From: Vicugna vicugna
Lineage: Eukaryota
Length of the DNA: 64,000 nucleotides
Reading direction: 5' to 3'
Assembly (NCBI GenBank): GCA_013265495.1
Contig: MU058423.1
Location: 3,859,061 to 3,923,060, forward strand
The notes under the pieces were generated by a model. The model made no database searches. It was not told where the DNA came from and worked only from the letters and a program-made list of their open reading frames with translations. The translations under genes were made by a program, and so were the position numbers. Positions 35,766-49,445 of the stretch are shown one piece after another (the first letter of the stretch is position 1; each line of letters opens with the position of its first letter).

Positions 35766-38700
35766 GTGCGGGTATATACATACCGGAGGAGTATGGGGGG
35801 GTTTAAATAGTTTCAACGCGAGAAAGATGGCTGTACCACACACAGGGACCCTGCGACTCTTCCATCTTTGAGCACATTCCAAGCATGTCAACAACATAAT
35901 TAAACACCCATGGAAGTGGTTGTTTGTATTTCAGAGTTCCATCAATTACCCATGCAGATGGTGAGAGGGTGGAGGTACCTGTTCTTGAAAATTACTCAAA
36001 GTTTGACTTTAAGCAGGGATTATGCATGTATGATAAAATAAGGATTTTATTCAAGCACCAGAATATTTCATTATTTTATTTCCTCTCCTCTTTTTTGAAA
36101 CTGAAGTTATGCTGGAGAGCCCTGCTTCCAGCTTTGTAAGACAGATCTTGCTTGTCATGTGCTCAGGAAAGTTGAATAATCTAGGTGAGTCCTGAAGCTT
36201 AAGACTTCACCTCGGCTTAAATTTTGCTATTTTATCCATTATCTAAAGTTCTAGTACTCTTAATCTATGAGCCATGGAGAAGAAAAGAATACTCAGAAAT
36301 CCTGCAGCATTCATGACAGGACGTGATGAACAGTAAGCCATGTGCATTTCCACAGACCAGCTCCTTCCAGTCCCTTTGGCATTGACAAGGGCCCTGCGAA
36401 TTCCCCTGTTGATTCTGGAGTGTTGCTTTAAGAGATTTTGAAAAGGAAAGGGAGGCATTGGTAGGAAGGTGGTGGGAAATGAAGGGAGGTGATATTTTAA
36501 GACTGATGAAATGCTTGCCAGTTCTATTTATAGAAGATGGCAGTTCTGCTGTTTAGGACATTTTTATTTAAAAAAATTGCAAATCACCTTTAAGGCATTT
36601 AAAATACTGCTCTTAATTTAGAATATTAGAAAGGGCCATATAAAGGCATGAAGACCAAGAAACAGTAAGTATCTGGTAAATGCAAATCATTTCCCCAGAG
36701 GTGACCTAAATCTGAGCGTCCGTCTTTCCTAAGCACGCCCCATCCCTGCTCAGTAGCGTGCTCTCTGACCTTCTTTGGCCATAACCACTTCCAGCGTTTA
36801 CAGAATGCACCGGACCACATCAGAACTTGGCAAACCTCTGGAAGAAAGGCTTCGCAGAGAGAAAAGCCGCAGTGACACACTTGGGTAGGGCAGGAAGAAG
36901 GATGCCTTTTTTCTTCTTTCCTGTGAGAAGAGGTGGCCTCAGGACTGATGGCTCTTGAGGTTGTTGGAACGGTTACTGAGCCGAGGAATGCTCGAGAGCT
37001 CTAGTTCTGGGGATTGCACTCTAAAGAAGAGATTTAGATCTTTAATAGCCTGATTGTTACGCGTTGTTTATTCTTGTTTATTTCCGAAAGGGCTTTTTGT
37101 CATTGTCTCCCACGGTTCCATTTAGTCATCTGTGAAATAGGATGGCATGTATTTTTATGAGAATAAGCTGGTTCTCGTAATGATGTTGCAAAGTGTAGAT
37201 ATGAGTGCCTATAGCGGTGTTCAAAATATTATCAGAAAGCTATGGATGGGTTTCCTTCATACCCCTGAAAGCCAGTGTTTTTGCGAATTCTCCTGTTAGA
37301 TTTAAAGTAACGAACATTGTCATACCCATTTTATAGCTCAGGAAGCTAGCAGTCACAGGGCTATTTCAGCAAATTTGTCCGAGTTCAGTGCTCTATCATT
37401 TGCAATAGAGTTCAGGATCTCAGTTCACAGCATTTTCTTTATCCATGCAGGTGCTAAAATAAGCACCCAGGCTCAAACCCTGTTATCTAAAACTGGAGTC
37501 AGGTTTCTTTCTTCCTTTTTCTTTTTTTTTTTTTTCCCCCACAGTGACTAGGACCTAGAGGATCAGGCAGTGCCCTTAAATGTTCCAGAAATAAGTCAAA
37601 GTTGGGTAAAATATGAAATAAAGAAATTGAACAGTAGAATAAGAAGACTTTTAAAAGGGAGAGCTAGAGAAAGAAAAGGAAAATAGGACGAGAAAAGAGC
37701 ATCACAAATGGTGGAAAGTGGTAGATTCTGAGCCGGCTTCTGTCGTGTTTGTTGAAGAGAGGTGAGAGGCCCTCTTGCCTGGAATTTCTTCTGACTGACC
37801 TGACCCAATTCTTGAAATTCTAACGGTTTATGTATATATACTCCCTTGAAGAAAGGAAGCCCCCCTGATGATGCACGTACCCTTATTACCATGCTACGTA
37901 AGATTTCTTCCCTGTGGACCATATGCCAGGCACGGTGCCACATGGATTACCTAAGGCAAAACAGCAGAGACGTCATTAATGTCTGATAAAATATTAGCCC
38001 GGGATATATGTCTGTTAAAAGCTAGGACTGATGGTAGCAGGGAGAAGAGGAGGAAAAGGGAGTATAGAAATTCTAGAGCTGGGGAGGGGCCCCGGGACCA
38101 GGCTGCCTTGTCACCGGGCAGGGCAGTCAGTCCCTGAGCTTCGTTTCCCACGATGAACCCCTGACCCTGAAGAGGAGTGTTCTCCAAGTGGGGCGGGGCA
38201 GGGGGCAGGAATCCAGCCGTTAAACTCCACAAATCGCGCTTAATCTGAGCAACAGTGTTTCTTTCTGATTGATTCCCCATTTACTTCCAGGAGGAATTTG
38301 AGGTCACTCACCATAAAAAGTGCACATGCCACAGAGTTAAAAAGAAAAATTTAAATAATCATGAGGTCAAACAGAACAGTGCTCCAAAGCATTTTCCTCA
38401 GACTCAGGCTCCACTTGACAAGAACATTTTCCTGAAATTCACCTTCTGTCTTTTGAATGTAAAAGCCATGGGTGTGTTTTTCACATATTAAATATAAAAT
38501 TATATTTTATCAAATTTAATTTGTTTTAATCTAAAGATATTGCTCAGATAGTCTGAATACTAGAAGGGTGATTACCGGAGGAAATTGCATTCATTCGCCA
38601 AATATTTATTGAACACTTGCCTTATTGCCGGACCCTATTGGAAGCCCTGGCCAGATGACACTGAAGGAGCTCTTGCAATTGAATTTAAATGCTGTGACTT

Positions 38701-40865
38701 CTAAATATAATAATATTCAGTTAATATATAATGTAATGAATTTTAAGACTGAGCTCTTGATACGTCTATCCAAATAATCTCTTCCTCAGAATTCCATCTA
38801 TTCAAGTGTAGAAAGACAGAGAGCCAAGGTTTGCCCTTCTCCTCCCCCGTGTAATCAATTTCTCACCAATCTCTGCAGATTAAGTCTGACCACTTGCTTG
38901 CAGTCTTCAGCCTCACCTCCTTCAAGCCTTCTGCATCTCTAATTAACTTCCACTATCCCTGCATCGTCCTTTTCAGTTCGTTCTTCAGGAAGCATCCAGG
39001 TGATCTGCTGTGTCCCGCCCCACTGAAGACCCTTCCTTGGCTGTTTATTGCACTGTGTATAATATCAAAATTCTTACTAGGACCTCAGAAGTCCCTGCAT
39101 GATTTTATCCCACCCATCTCTCCAGCTACATCTCACACCCATTTGCTATAGTTAGAGTGAGTGCATTTTAGTTTTTGGAGAAAATGCACAGGGCTCAGGT
39201 ATTCAGCTGTGAGATTCCCTTACCCTACTTGTTACAGATAATCATTACTTGCCTGTTCTATTTTCCTTGTCTTTTCTCCTCCTAAAGAGTAGGGACTCTT
39301 TCTTGCTTTTTGGAGAGAAGCTAAATTAAAAACTACATGGTTAATGCTGGGAGAAAAGGAAAAAGAAAGCTTCATAGGTCTGGGAATGGAAAGAAAGGTT
39401 TGGGTTTTGGTGTGAGCAAGGCGATGCAATAGCGATGGGGTCTGAGGGATGTGGAACAGGGCACAGGGACTTTGAATTATATTCCTTCTGATGTTCTCTG
39501 AAATGCTAAGTAAAGAATGAAATTGCTCTTTGGTTATTTTGGTTGCCCTGTGCTCTATGTACCTTTAAGGCCCCAAGGCTGAACTTCCTGGGCCCTTGGA
39601 TTGATGGCATTACCACTAGATCTAGCCGTCTTTTTCATGGCTGTTCTCCCAGTGGACTAAAAACACCAAGAGGGCAGGGGTCCTGTCAATGTTATTCACA
39701 CACAGGACCCATCTTAGCACAATGCCTGGTCTGTAGTGGATTTTTTTGTTTGTATTTGTATTTTTATTGTAAATCTGAAACTTTATTTTCAAGTTTTCTG
39801 ACAACAAGGGCAATTAAAAAAAAAGACTTGATGAATTAGAAAATTATTTTTGTCCAACAAACTATCACAATAGCTCTCGAGGGAAAGAAACTTTTACTAG
39901 TGTGATATAGAAGGCTTTATAATCTGGATCCTTAGGTAAGAGACACTGAGAAAATATGTTCTCTGCCAGCAGCATTAGATTTTTTGAAGTTCTAGAAGTT
40001 GACATCATGTATCATTATTCTTTTTCTTAACTAGGCTTCAGAAGTAAGATTGCATTTTTTTGTTGTTGTTTTTTGGAGATTGCAGTTTTTTGAAGGCATT
40101 TGTGTAGACGTCTAACCTGATGTTTCCAGGTTATGTTTCTTTTTGTTCTTCTAGATATGTTTCTTTTTGGCAGTCTGAGTCAATGCGTGGATGGAACGTG
40201 AAACAAGCAAGATGCGTAACTTTCACATTACCTAGATTCTTTCAGATAATGCTGGTCCAATCTATACTTCTGCTAAAAACTGCAGAGCAGTATGCAGCTC
40301 ATGCTGTGTGGGGCCTCCTTGTCTCTAGGAGACATAGGAGATGAAGTTAGACTAGTTCTAAGGTCTGATGTGCGCAAAGCCACCTACTTCCTCGTATTTC
40401 TCTCTGTCCACACTCCCGATTCTTTGTGACCTCCTCTTTTTTCCCGCCTATCAGGCTCAGAGTCTCCATTCCTCCATTTTGCACCTGAAATCCAATCACG
40501 GTCTGCACTTTGTGTACTGATGGGTGTCACAAGGGAGGCTCATTTCATGTGTCTATTCCCTCTGCCCTTTCCCTGGTCTCCTTGACACCCTCAGCAGCAC
40601 CTGGAGTGTAGTGTGACCCCCACCCCCATATGCTGCTCCCTGCAGTGGACCAGGACTCCTGACCTTGCTGCTTCTCCTGCGGGGAGTGACTAGTCAGTTC
40701 GGAGAGAGGGCGCCTCCCCAAGCCTTCCTGGGATTTAGAGGAATAAAGCTGTGTTATGTTACACATCAAATCAGGATTAAGAGATCTGGTGAGTGTCTCG
40801 AGAGAAATGGTCTTTGTTGTTGACTGATGAGAGATCATTTTTTTTTTTTGAGTCTTTAAAAAAAA

Positions 40866-40992
40866 TTTTTTTGGGTGGTGTAGGTAATTAGGTTTATTTA
40901 TTAATTTTTTTTTAAGAGGAGGTGCTGGGGATTGAACCCAGCACCCTGTGCATGCTAAACATGGCCCCTACTGCTGAGATACACCCTCCCCC
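40866..40992 (-). mobile_element. tRNA-derived SINE, Vic-1-like (camelid), reverse orientation
   Basis: AGGTAATTAGGTTTATTTATT...GAGGTGCTGGGGATTGAACCCAGCACCCTGTGCATGCTAAAC...CTGAGATACACCCTCCCC is the reverse complement of the 25913 SINE structure. Confidence 0.85.
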
Positions 40993-41281
40993 TGACCCAT
41001 GTTTATGATGCCAGAGGGCTGGCAGCAAATTTGACATTCTTTTGTGCACATTTAAAATACTGTGTTTCTATTTCTGCCCGTTTGGAGAATCCTCCAGTAG
41101 CTCCGTGAAGCTAAGTTGGAGAATTCGAGCCCCACGCCCTTGGCTGCTGCTACTGCTAACACTGCTGCCTCCCTCCCCCACCTTTCTCCTCTTCTCCTTT
41201 GTCTTCTTCGGGAGCTCTGTGGAGATCTTCTCAGATGTCTGTATAAGTGTCTGTTGAGACTACAGATTGCATCTCCCAGAA

Positions 41282-41473
41282 CAGAGGCCAGCATACATTT
41301 TTTTATAAGGGGCCAAAAAGTCAATATTTTTAGCTTTGTGGACCCCATGACCCTGTCTGTCACAGCCACTCAGTTCAACCATTGTCGGAATAACAAAGCC
41401 ACGGATACTACATCAACAACGAGTGTGGTGTATTCCAGTAAAATGGGTGGTGGGCTATACTTAGCCACCCCTG
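41282..41473. mobile_element. MER58A-like hAT-Charlie DNA transposon
   Basis: CAGAGGCCAGCA...AAGGGGCCAAAAAGTCAATATTTTTAGCTTTGTGGACC...CCACTCAGTTC...GCCACCCCTG; degenerate flanks TCCCAGAA and TCTTAAAA. Confidence 0.75.
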
Positions 41474-43759
41474 TCTTAAAAGGCAGAGATGATGATCTAG
41501 GCCTGTGTGGTGACACTCAAGGATCGCAGCTATAGTGGCATCACGCTGTGGCCTTTGGCAGAAGTGTGATTTTCTTAGCAACACTAAATTTAGGCATCGT
41601 GATGATTTAGCTACAAAATGTTCTCAGCTCCACCGAAACCAAAACCAAAATACCCGGATGAATTTTATATATACCACTCTTTGTGTTCTCGAAACATTTT
41701 CTTTCCACCAGTGACGACGTTTGTGCCTGTTATTTATTCCGGAATTCCCTCTTTGGGGAGCCCACTGAGGACTGTTAGAAGGGGCGACGGAAGGCCCTGG
41801 TGGTGTCAGGAGTTGGTATGAGGGTGAGCCTTTCTGGACGAGCTGTACGTGGGGGTGACATTTGACTGTGGTGACACCCGCTTCGGCATTTTCTGAATAT
41901 CCAAAGCCCGTAAGAGTGTATTTGGAAACCAGTAACCTGACCGGCATAACTACCCAAGTGTCCTTCCACGAAGCATTTCTGTATCTGTCTGCCCACATGC
42001 TTTTTTGTTTTTTGGAGAAATTATTTACTCTAAGAACAGCTTTTCATACTTTATGCTTGAAAGGCCTTCATTACCAGTTTTAAATAGGGAGAATTTGTTT
42101 ATGGGTATGAAATTCATGCCGACGGGACCCGTTGCCCCCAGGCTGTGCCGAGCCTCGTGGTGCTGACCTATTCACATTAATCTCCCACGTTGGAGCCAGC
42201 ACAGCTCTCCCTGAATCTAATGTATTGTCTATAACCTTTCAAAATTGGCAGTTAAGTCAGTATAGGGAACTAAACTGCAGTTTCCTGGCAGCAATAAAAG
42301 GAAGTAGGACACGGGACAGTGCTCAGAAAAATCACAGCTGCCATAAAATGGAATCTCTCAGTAGCCTGTTTGATCCAGAAACATGCAAAAGCATTTCATG
42401 CATGACAAAGCATTAGTAAATATTAAATAGTATTCTTGTTCTGTTATTGCCTAGTGGGGATCAGCCTCTCTCCTTTGTCTCTGGTCATATTTAACACTCA
42501 TTTGACATTCTTCTGGCATTCCTGAGCATGCTTCTCAGGAAGGAGAAATCCTAGGCAGAAGAAAGAATGAAGGAGATGACATCGAAATTTCCATCAACAA
42601 ATAAGCATTACTCTGGTTAAAACCAAATGCAAATAAAATTAAGCTGAATTAGTGTTGGTTTCCCAGAGCTTTTATAACCAGAACCTTTGATCTGTGTTGT
42701 GTGTGTGTGTTTTCTTCTTTGTGTGCGAGAACAATACGAGTGCAAGCAGGAGAGTTTCACCTGGCAGTGGCCTGCGCCGTCTCCAGCTTGTCTGCGTAAT
42801 GTGGAAATTCACACAGAGAGTGAGTCTGTTTTGGAATCGTTGGTGGTTGTGAGTCAACTAGGTAGACGGTTTCCTCTAAGAAAATGGTAATCAGTGAATT
42901 CTAAAATAGTGAGCAGGTGTCAATTTGTAAGTTTAAACCTAATATTGTATTCAATGTCACAGGTGCTACTTTTAGGCTATTTCTTGATAAGAAATTGTTA
43001 GATCATGGGAATCATTACTTTGAGCCACACAATACAAAGTAAGCTGCAATTGGAGATTGGCAGTCCTTACAGTGGGAGCAGTGGGAGAAACTTCATTTTT
43101 CCCTCTTCATGGGATAGTAAGCAGTCGCAGGCTAGTTGGAGAGATAAGAAAGTCATTCTTGAAACAAGTCCTGAACGAGGCTGAGTAGTGTGTATCTGCA
43201 GTCATTCACTTTTTCGTGTATTCATTGCGCATCCCGCGCCTGCCCAGGATCTATTCTAGGCACTAAGGATACAGTGATGAATAAGACAAGTTCTCTCATG
43301 GAGTTTACTGTCTAACAAGGCTTGTATTTTCAAGTCAGCATTATAATGTCAATGCAAAGCAGGGAAAAAATTGCATGTTTTTTGAAGTGAAATAATTTAT
43401 GGCACACATTATTTTGATGTGAGATGAATGGAATTGGACATTTCAACACAGAAAAATCCAATGTATGTGATGCTCTCCAGCAAATTTTGAAAGAGTTATT
43501 GGCCCACTGGGGATCTAAGGTAGGCGCTAGCAACTGAAGGCTTTTCCTTTTAATTTAGGAAAAGTAAGCTGTTGTAGGTTAAGTATGTGCATTTTTTTTT
43601 TTGCTAAATACGTAGGAAAAATACCATTTACCACTGATACACGATTTAGAAAAATTAATTTGTTCTAGGTGATTTTACTCCCATTTATTCTGAATGCCTG
43701 TTTGTAATGATCAAGATCGTAAAAAACCACAATGTTTTACAAACTCGTGAACACTCCAA

Positions 43760-44050
43760 AGAGATGTTTGAAGTCCCTCTGTTTGAACTGTTCAAGGCCT
43801 GAGCCCTTTTTACAACTTCCTTCCCACTGTAGCCTGTGCTTGAATGCCTCCAGTGATGAGGAACTTACTACCTCTGGAATTTTTTTGCTCCATCTTTGCT
43901 TAGCTTTGACTGTAGAGAAGTCTTCCTTACAATGAGTTGAAACCTGACTGTTCACGTATAATGTTCCTAATGTTCCTTCCTGGGCCCACATAGAACATGC
44001 CTAACTCTTTCCCATATGTGATAACCCTGCAGCTGCTTGAAAAGAGCTAT
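43760..44050. mobile_element. CR1/L3 LINE remnant
   Basis: AGCCTGTGCTTGAATGCCTCCAGTGATGAGGAACTTACTACCTC...AGCTTTGACTGTAGAGAAGTCTTCCTT resembles the recalled L3 consensus. Confidence 0.6.
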
Positions 44051-45178
44051 TCCTCCAAGTCCATGTTTTGAGCATTCTTTCCCTTTGAATGAATGAAAAG
44101 AAACTTAATTTGGGAAGATTCTTGCATTAACTTGTTTATTTGAATGCTAATCTGAATCAGGTAAGGGTAAATCGAATGTTTCGTTTCAGTCCAGTATCGT
44201 GAGCAAGGCGTGATGCTGGCTGCTGTCATCCCCCCAAGAAAGTAAATGAGACAGTTTTAGTTTTCAAGGCATTTAGAAGTCAGTTTGGGGACCTCTGATT
44301 GAGTTATGCATGACATTTTAAAAATGTCTGATTCTGAGTATTATGACGAAGATTTCAGGTTTTAATTCCTTTGTGTTCGAGTGTTTGGAGCCTGGTAGCA
44401 TATGGGGTAATCCTTTACTCCTCACATGGTGCTTTATGGTTTCCAAAGTGTTTCGGATGATACCTCATTTGACTCTTAAGGAGTTTGGGGAGGTAGGTAT
44501 TATCTTTAAAAAAAAAAAAAAGTCAGAAAATAGAGGCGAGATTAAGTATTTTGTATGTGTTTTTTATTTTCCAGTTAGTAAGTGGCAGAGACTGACCTTG
44601 AATCTCAGTCCAGAGCTTTTCCCCTGCACCACACTGTCTTATTTATAGCAGGAATACCTACTTGCTGTTCGCCAAAGATGAAAGTTTCCTTCATTTTGTT
44701 TTATAAGCAAGAGGTGTTCTTGTGTCATGTATTCATACACTCAGTGAAAAATATGATTTAGAGCTTAAATACTTTCTACTTATTCTTTAGTGATGCCATT
44801 GGAAAAGAATTGGGTTTTTTTTTTATAGAATCAAATACTAAGCAGTGTCGTGAATATTTTTAACAATTTGTAAGGATGATTGGGCTTCAAAGAATTTCCT
44901 TAGAGTAAAATTAAGCCCTAATTTATAAGTTAATTTGTACCAATAAACTTCTGGTCACCTTATCATAGGATTTAGCCTAATATGATTTATGCAGAGTTTT
45001 GATTTGATTTGATTTGATGGTGTTTTCTTCTCCCGGTTGTTTAGATAATGTCATGTTAGTCTCAGAGTTTAAATTCTCTTTTTTAGAGGTAAAGGAATTG
45101 CAGAAGAAAAGCCTCATGGTCTGAGACTAAGCCCTGGCCAGTTATCAGGATAGATTCGAGTTGAGTTTTAAATCAATA

Positions 45179-45201
45179 TGTGTGTGTGTGTGTGTGTGTG
45201 T
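45179..45201. repeat. (TG)n microsatellite
   Basis: TG dinucleotide run read directly. Confidence 0.95.
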
Positions 45202-48200
45202 TTGTTTTCATCCAGTACTTAGGTAACACTGGATGTATATTATGTAAGTCACTGGAGACATGAACACAGTGTGAAAACACTGTCATTTTTCTCCTTCAGG
45301 GTAAACTTTGGACTAACACTGAATAGCTTCTTCTTCCTGGGGAGAGCCGGATTTGAAGTTATCTGAACCGTGTGTTTGACCTGCCTGTCGCTTACTAGAA
45401 TAGTGGGCTTTCTTCTAAACCTTTCTCCAAGAAAACACTCAGATACTTAGAAGCTCGGATCATCTATCTCAGAAGTGATTAGAGTACCCCAGGGGTTGGT
45501 GGGTCCTAGTTGTTTATTCCTATCCCGTCTTTGTATTTGCAACTCACTGTCTGCACAAAGCCACCAGCCCTTTAAATGAGGGCAGGTACTTTAAAAGTCA
45601 CAGATGCCCTAAATTAATGGACTTTCTAAATTTAAAAGTTCATAAAAACAATACTTATTTTATAAAGTTTGTTACACAAACAAACAAAACTTCTGTATTT
45701 ATTATTTTTTCAGTCTTTCCTTGTATCAGTCCCTCAAGAGAATTAACATTTGCGGACATTAACATTCTATTCTAAACACTATGCTGTATGTTTTTGACAT
45801 TTGTCCCATTAAATCATCCCAAAACCTAAGTGGGGGCAGTTATCTCTGTTTGTACAAATAAGAAACTGAGAAGCAGTGATATGACTATAAGATAAGATAG
45901 AAGCCCAAGACAGAGCTGATGATGGAGCCGAGAGCCCACTCTGCTCCTCTCAGCCCACCATGTCCCTGCTCATGCTTTCCCCTTTCTTTTGTCCAAAGAG
46001 TTTCTTGCCCGATAGCTAATAAGGAATAAGCCTGGTGTTTTATTTAACCCAATTTTTCTACGTCCCAACCCGAAACTGCAGAATTCCTGTATTTCTCTTG
46101 GTTTCTTTTCTCCCTGATAGCAAGAGCAACTGGAAATAAAATCCCCTCACCGATTACCATGCACCAGATTTACTTTATGTCGTCTTTGACTAATGACGCG
46201 TTGGTCAGAATCAACTCAGGGATCTGTTCTCTGATTGTGCATCAATAATGTATATGCATTAAAGCTCCTTCTCAGAGAATGTTTGAGCTTTGACATACTG
46301 AACACTGGCATTTTAAATTAAAGCTGTTGCTGTCAGTGCATTTTAAAAACTGGATAGCTTGGAAATAGTGTTTCATACATAGCAAAATAGACCTGAGGTC
46401 GTATGTAGTTCACTGAGGCAAAACTTTCCCTGGCTTGTTCAATTGTGGTAGGGGTTTGAATTGCGTTTTTCAATGATCATGACCTAAACATCTTTCAGAT
46501 TGAGGAAAAAACCAAACTGGTTTTGCAGGGCTTTGATTTACAAGAAGAAACAGTGTAGAGAAATATAATGGATTTTCTACATACCATAGAGACCAGGAAT
46601 AATGAATTAGAAACTATTCTGAATCCTTCAGGATAGGAAGTATCAAGATTAATATGATGCTTTGTGACAATGATGCGTTTGTACGTTGAGCCCTAGGCTT
46701 ACATTAGTGTCTCTTGCCTTGCAAACACTTTTTATCTGGTTACATAGCTAAGCATTCTTTTGCTTGTGGCATTAGACTTGTACAGGTTGATAAGTTGTCT
46801 GCGCTGAGCCTTCTCCCCAGTACAGCTGGTTCGGGGGCATTTATACATATGCGCATTTATACATATATGTATTTATATACAATACATAATACATATACAG
46901 GAGGCTCTCCTTGTGAAAGTTTTTCCCCTGGGCAATCTAATAAAGAGCCATACTTTCGGAACCACAGAAGTGAGGAGCAGGGACCCCCCCTTCCCCCATA
47001 CATTTTACAGTTAGAACCGTGAACCGATTGTGGTTGTTTTCCTTAAATGTCTATGTACTGGATGACTTCAGACTTTGTATTCGTTTGGACCCAGGGTAAC
47101 TTTGTCTTCAAAGGAACTTGCCCCAAACCACAGGACTAGCAAGTAGAGGAACTAGACTAGACTCCAGGCTCTATAGTGCTGCTGCTTCTTCCAAGGTAAA
47201 CTTTTTATCAGCAGGTTCCTTTTTCATAAATGGTTGAGTCTGACCCTTTCCCCAATATCCTTGTCATGAGAAGCTACCAGTTCCCTGTCCAGGGACCCTT
47301 GGACTTAGGGAAGAGGAGGAAAACTCAACCACAGCCTCCAGTGGATATCAGCAATGGGACCCATTACCCCACTGTCTTTTTGGCATTAATACAGTGCTCA
47401 CCATTGACATTGCAGATTTATTTTTAGCAGGGCACTCCTGGCTTCCGAACACTTGATAGCAGCATGAAACCTTATGATTGTAGGATAGAGTGAAACCCAA
47501 ATTAATTAAACTTCTTGCTTGTTTAATTGTTTAATGTGTTGCACAGTCCAACCTGCAATTCCATATTCAATTATAATGAAATTCCCCTTAGATTGCATTT
47601 ATTTGGGAGTTTAAAAATGACTCCAAAAGGATATTGATGCTTTAAGAGAATCCTTGGTTTTATAAAATTTCAATGTAAGAGATTGAGTATTTAGTATCAG
47701 CTTTGTATTGACTCTTGATATTGACGTAAGTCTAAATGTGCAAAGCCCACAAAGGCTAAATCCCATGGGCTTATGTTTAATTTAAAATACTGCTAGCTGG
47801 CCACTTTGAATATACCAGATAGATTGACAATTGGAATATCTGACTGGTTGGGGAAATAGTCAAACATTAATTTTAAATGTTTATTAGTGGACTGTTTGCA
47901 ATTGGTTTTTAAATTCATTTGGAAAGTGAGAATTCGCATTTATGTAAAATTGCAGATAAACCTGATTTCATAAAGGTGTTTAGAGGTTAAATGCCTAATG
48001 ATTAATTTATGCTTTTGCAATATTTTTAATAATTTGAAGGAAAGGTAAGGCAGCTGAGGATAATGCTGATGATGAATAGTAATGAAGGCTTAAAGATTCT
48101 GAGATTAATCTGGAGATCATATTCATCATCCTAAAAACAGAATAGAAAAGAAGGAGATGACACTTATGCAGAGTTCAGAGAGGGCTGGAAAGAGAAAACA

Positions 48201-49399
48201 GTTGAGGCAGGACCCAAATTCTACCACGGACTTAGCCAAGGGACCCAGGCAAGCCTCTTTCCTTCTCTGGGACTTCATTTAGTCACCAGTTAAAGAAGGG
48301 GTGGTGGTTGAAAAATATTTGTGGTCAGTTTTTTTCCTGCATCGCTGAAATATTTTCCCTTATATGTGGCTCTGTGCAGTCTCTTTCTTGAATATGTTGA
48401 AGGCTTGTGAATGGCAAAGAAGGTGGGGGAAGTGTGGAAGTTAATTGTGATGCAGAAATAATAGTGAAATCTCATCATCTTTTATTTCTACATAACAGTC
48501 ATGATGTTTTCTCTTGTGCTTGTTCTCTTTTGCATCTCCGAAATACATTAGACAGTTATTATTCTGTGTGTATCCGTATGTTTACAAGAACATGCATGGA
48601 TATACATATTGGACAACAATACTGTGGTCCCTTTGGGAAGGTTGATGCTTTCATGCCCTAAAGGTGATGACATGCTTTAAATTCTGTATACTCGTCCTGT
48701 AAACCATCAGGAAAAGTCCCCAAGTAGGCCTGTTCCATCTGTGGATATATAATGATGATAAAGTAATACTCAAAAGCAGTTTAATGGTAAATGAAGGCAT
48801 TGCTTGCATTCAAAATCTCAACAAAGAAATCAGGTTGATCGCCTGTGCTGATTCAGTAGAATGAACGCATCATCTTGCAAAGCCAAAGAAATTAACAGTG
48901 AAGCCTTGATCAAAAAGCATAGATAGTGTGTGATCCAGGAAACTTGATTACTCCTGGTTTTTAGCGAAGAAGTCTTTTTGATATTAAAGGCACAAGTAGC
49001 CAGAGCATTATTATGTAGAGAATTGATTGATTACTTTAATCAATGACTTCTTCAAAGGCAGTTCTGAGACATGACTGGGAAAGCCGAAATGAGCCCACTG
49101 GCCGTTAGTGGTCAGCACTGCTCCGCAGGAAGGAAATATGCGAGAGTCCTTGCAGCCAAAGCACTGAGACTTTCTGGGAGAACTGTGGCTTGTGCAAGGA
49201 TCAGATCTAAGTAGAGTTTAATAAAATTCTGCTCCAGAGTGGTGTGTTTATCTTCTGCGAGCAATTTCTTTCTTTTTTTAAATAGATTGATTTATTTATC
49301 TGTTGTATACTCCTACTGCTTTTTTTCATCTGAACCAAAAGCACTTTGCAAATATCAGAGCTCAAATTTTAAAAAGATCATTGATTTTTTCAACCACCC

Positions 49400-49445
49400 T
49401 GAAGGTAGGCTGTCACACATCATGAAGGTAGGCTGTCACACATCA
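49400..49445. repeat. Perfect 23 bp tandem duplication
   Basis: TGAAGGTAGGCTGTCACACATCA at 49400-49422 and 49423-49445. Confidence 0.95.
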
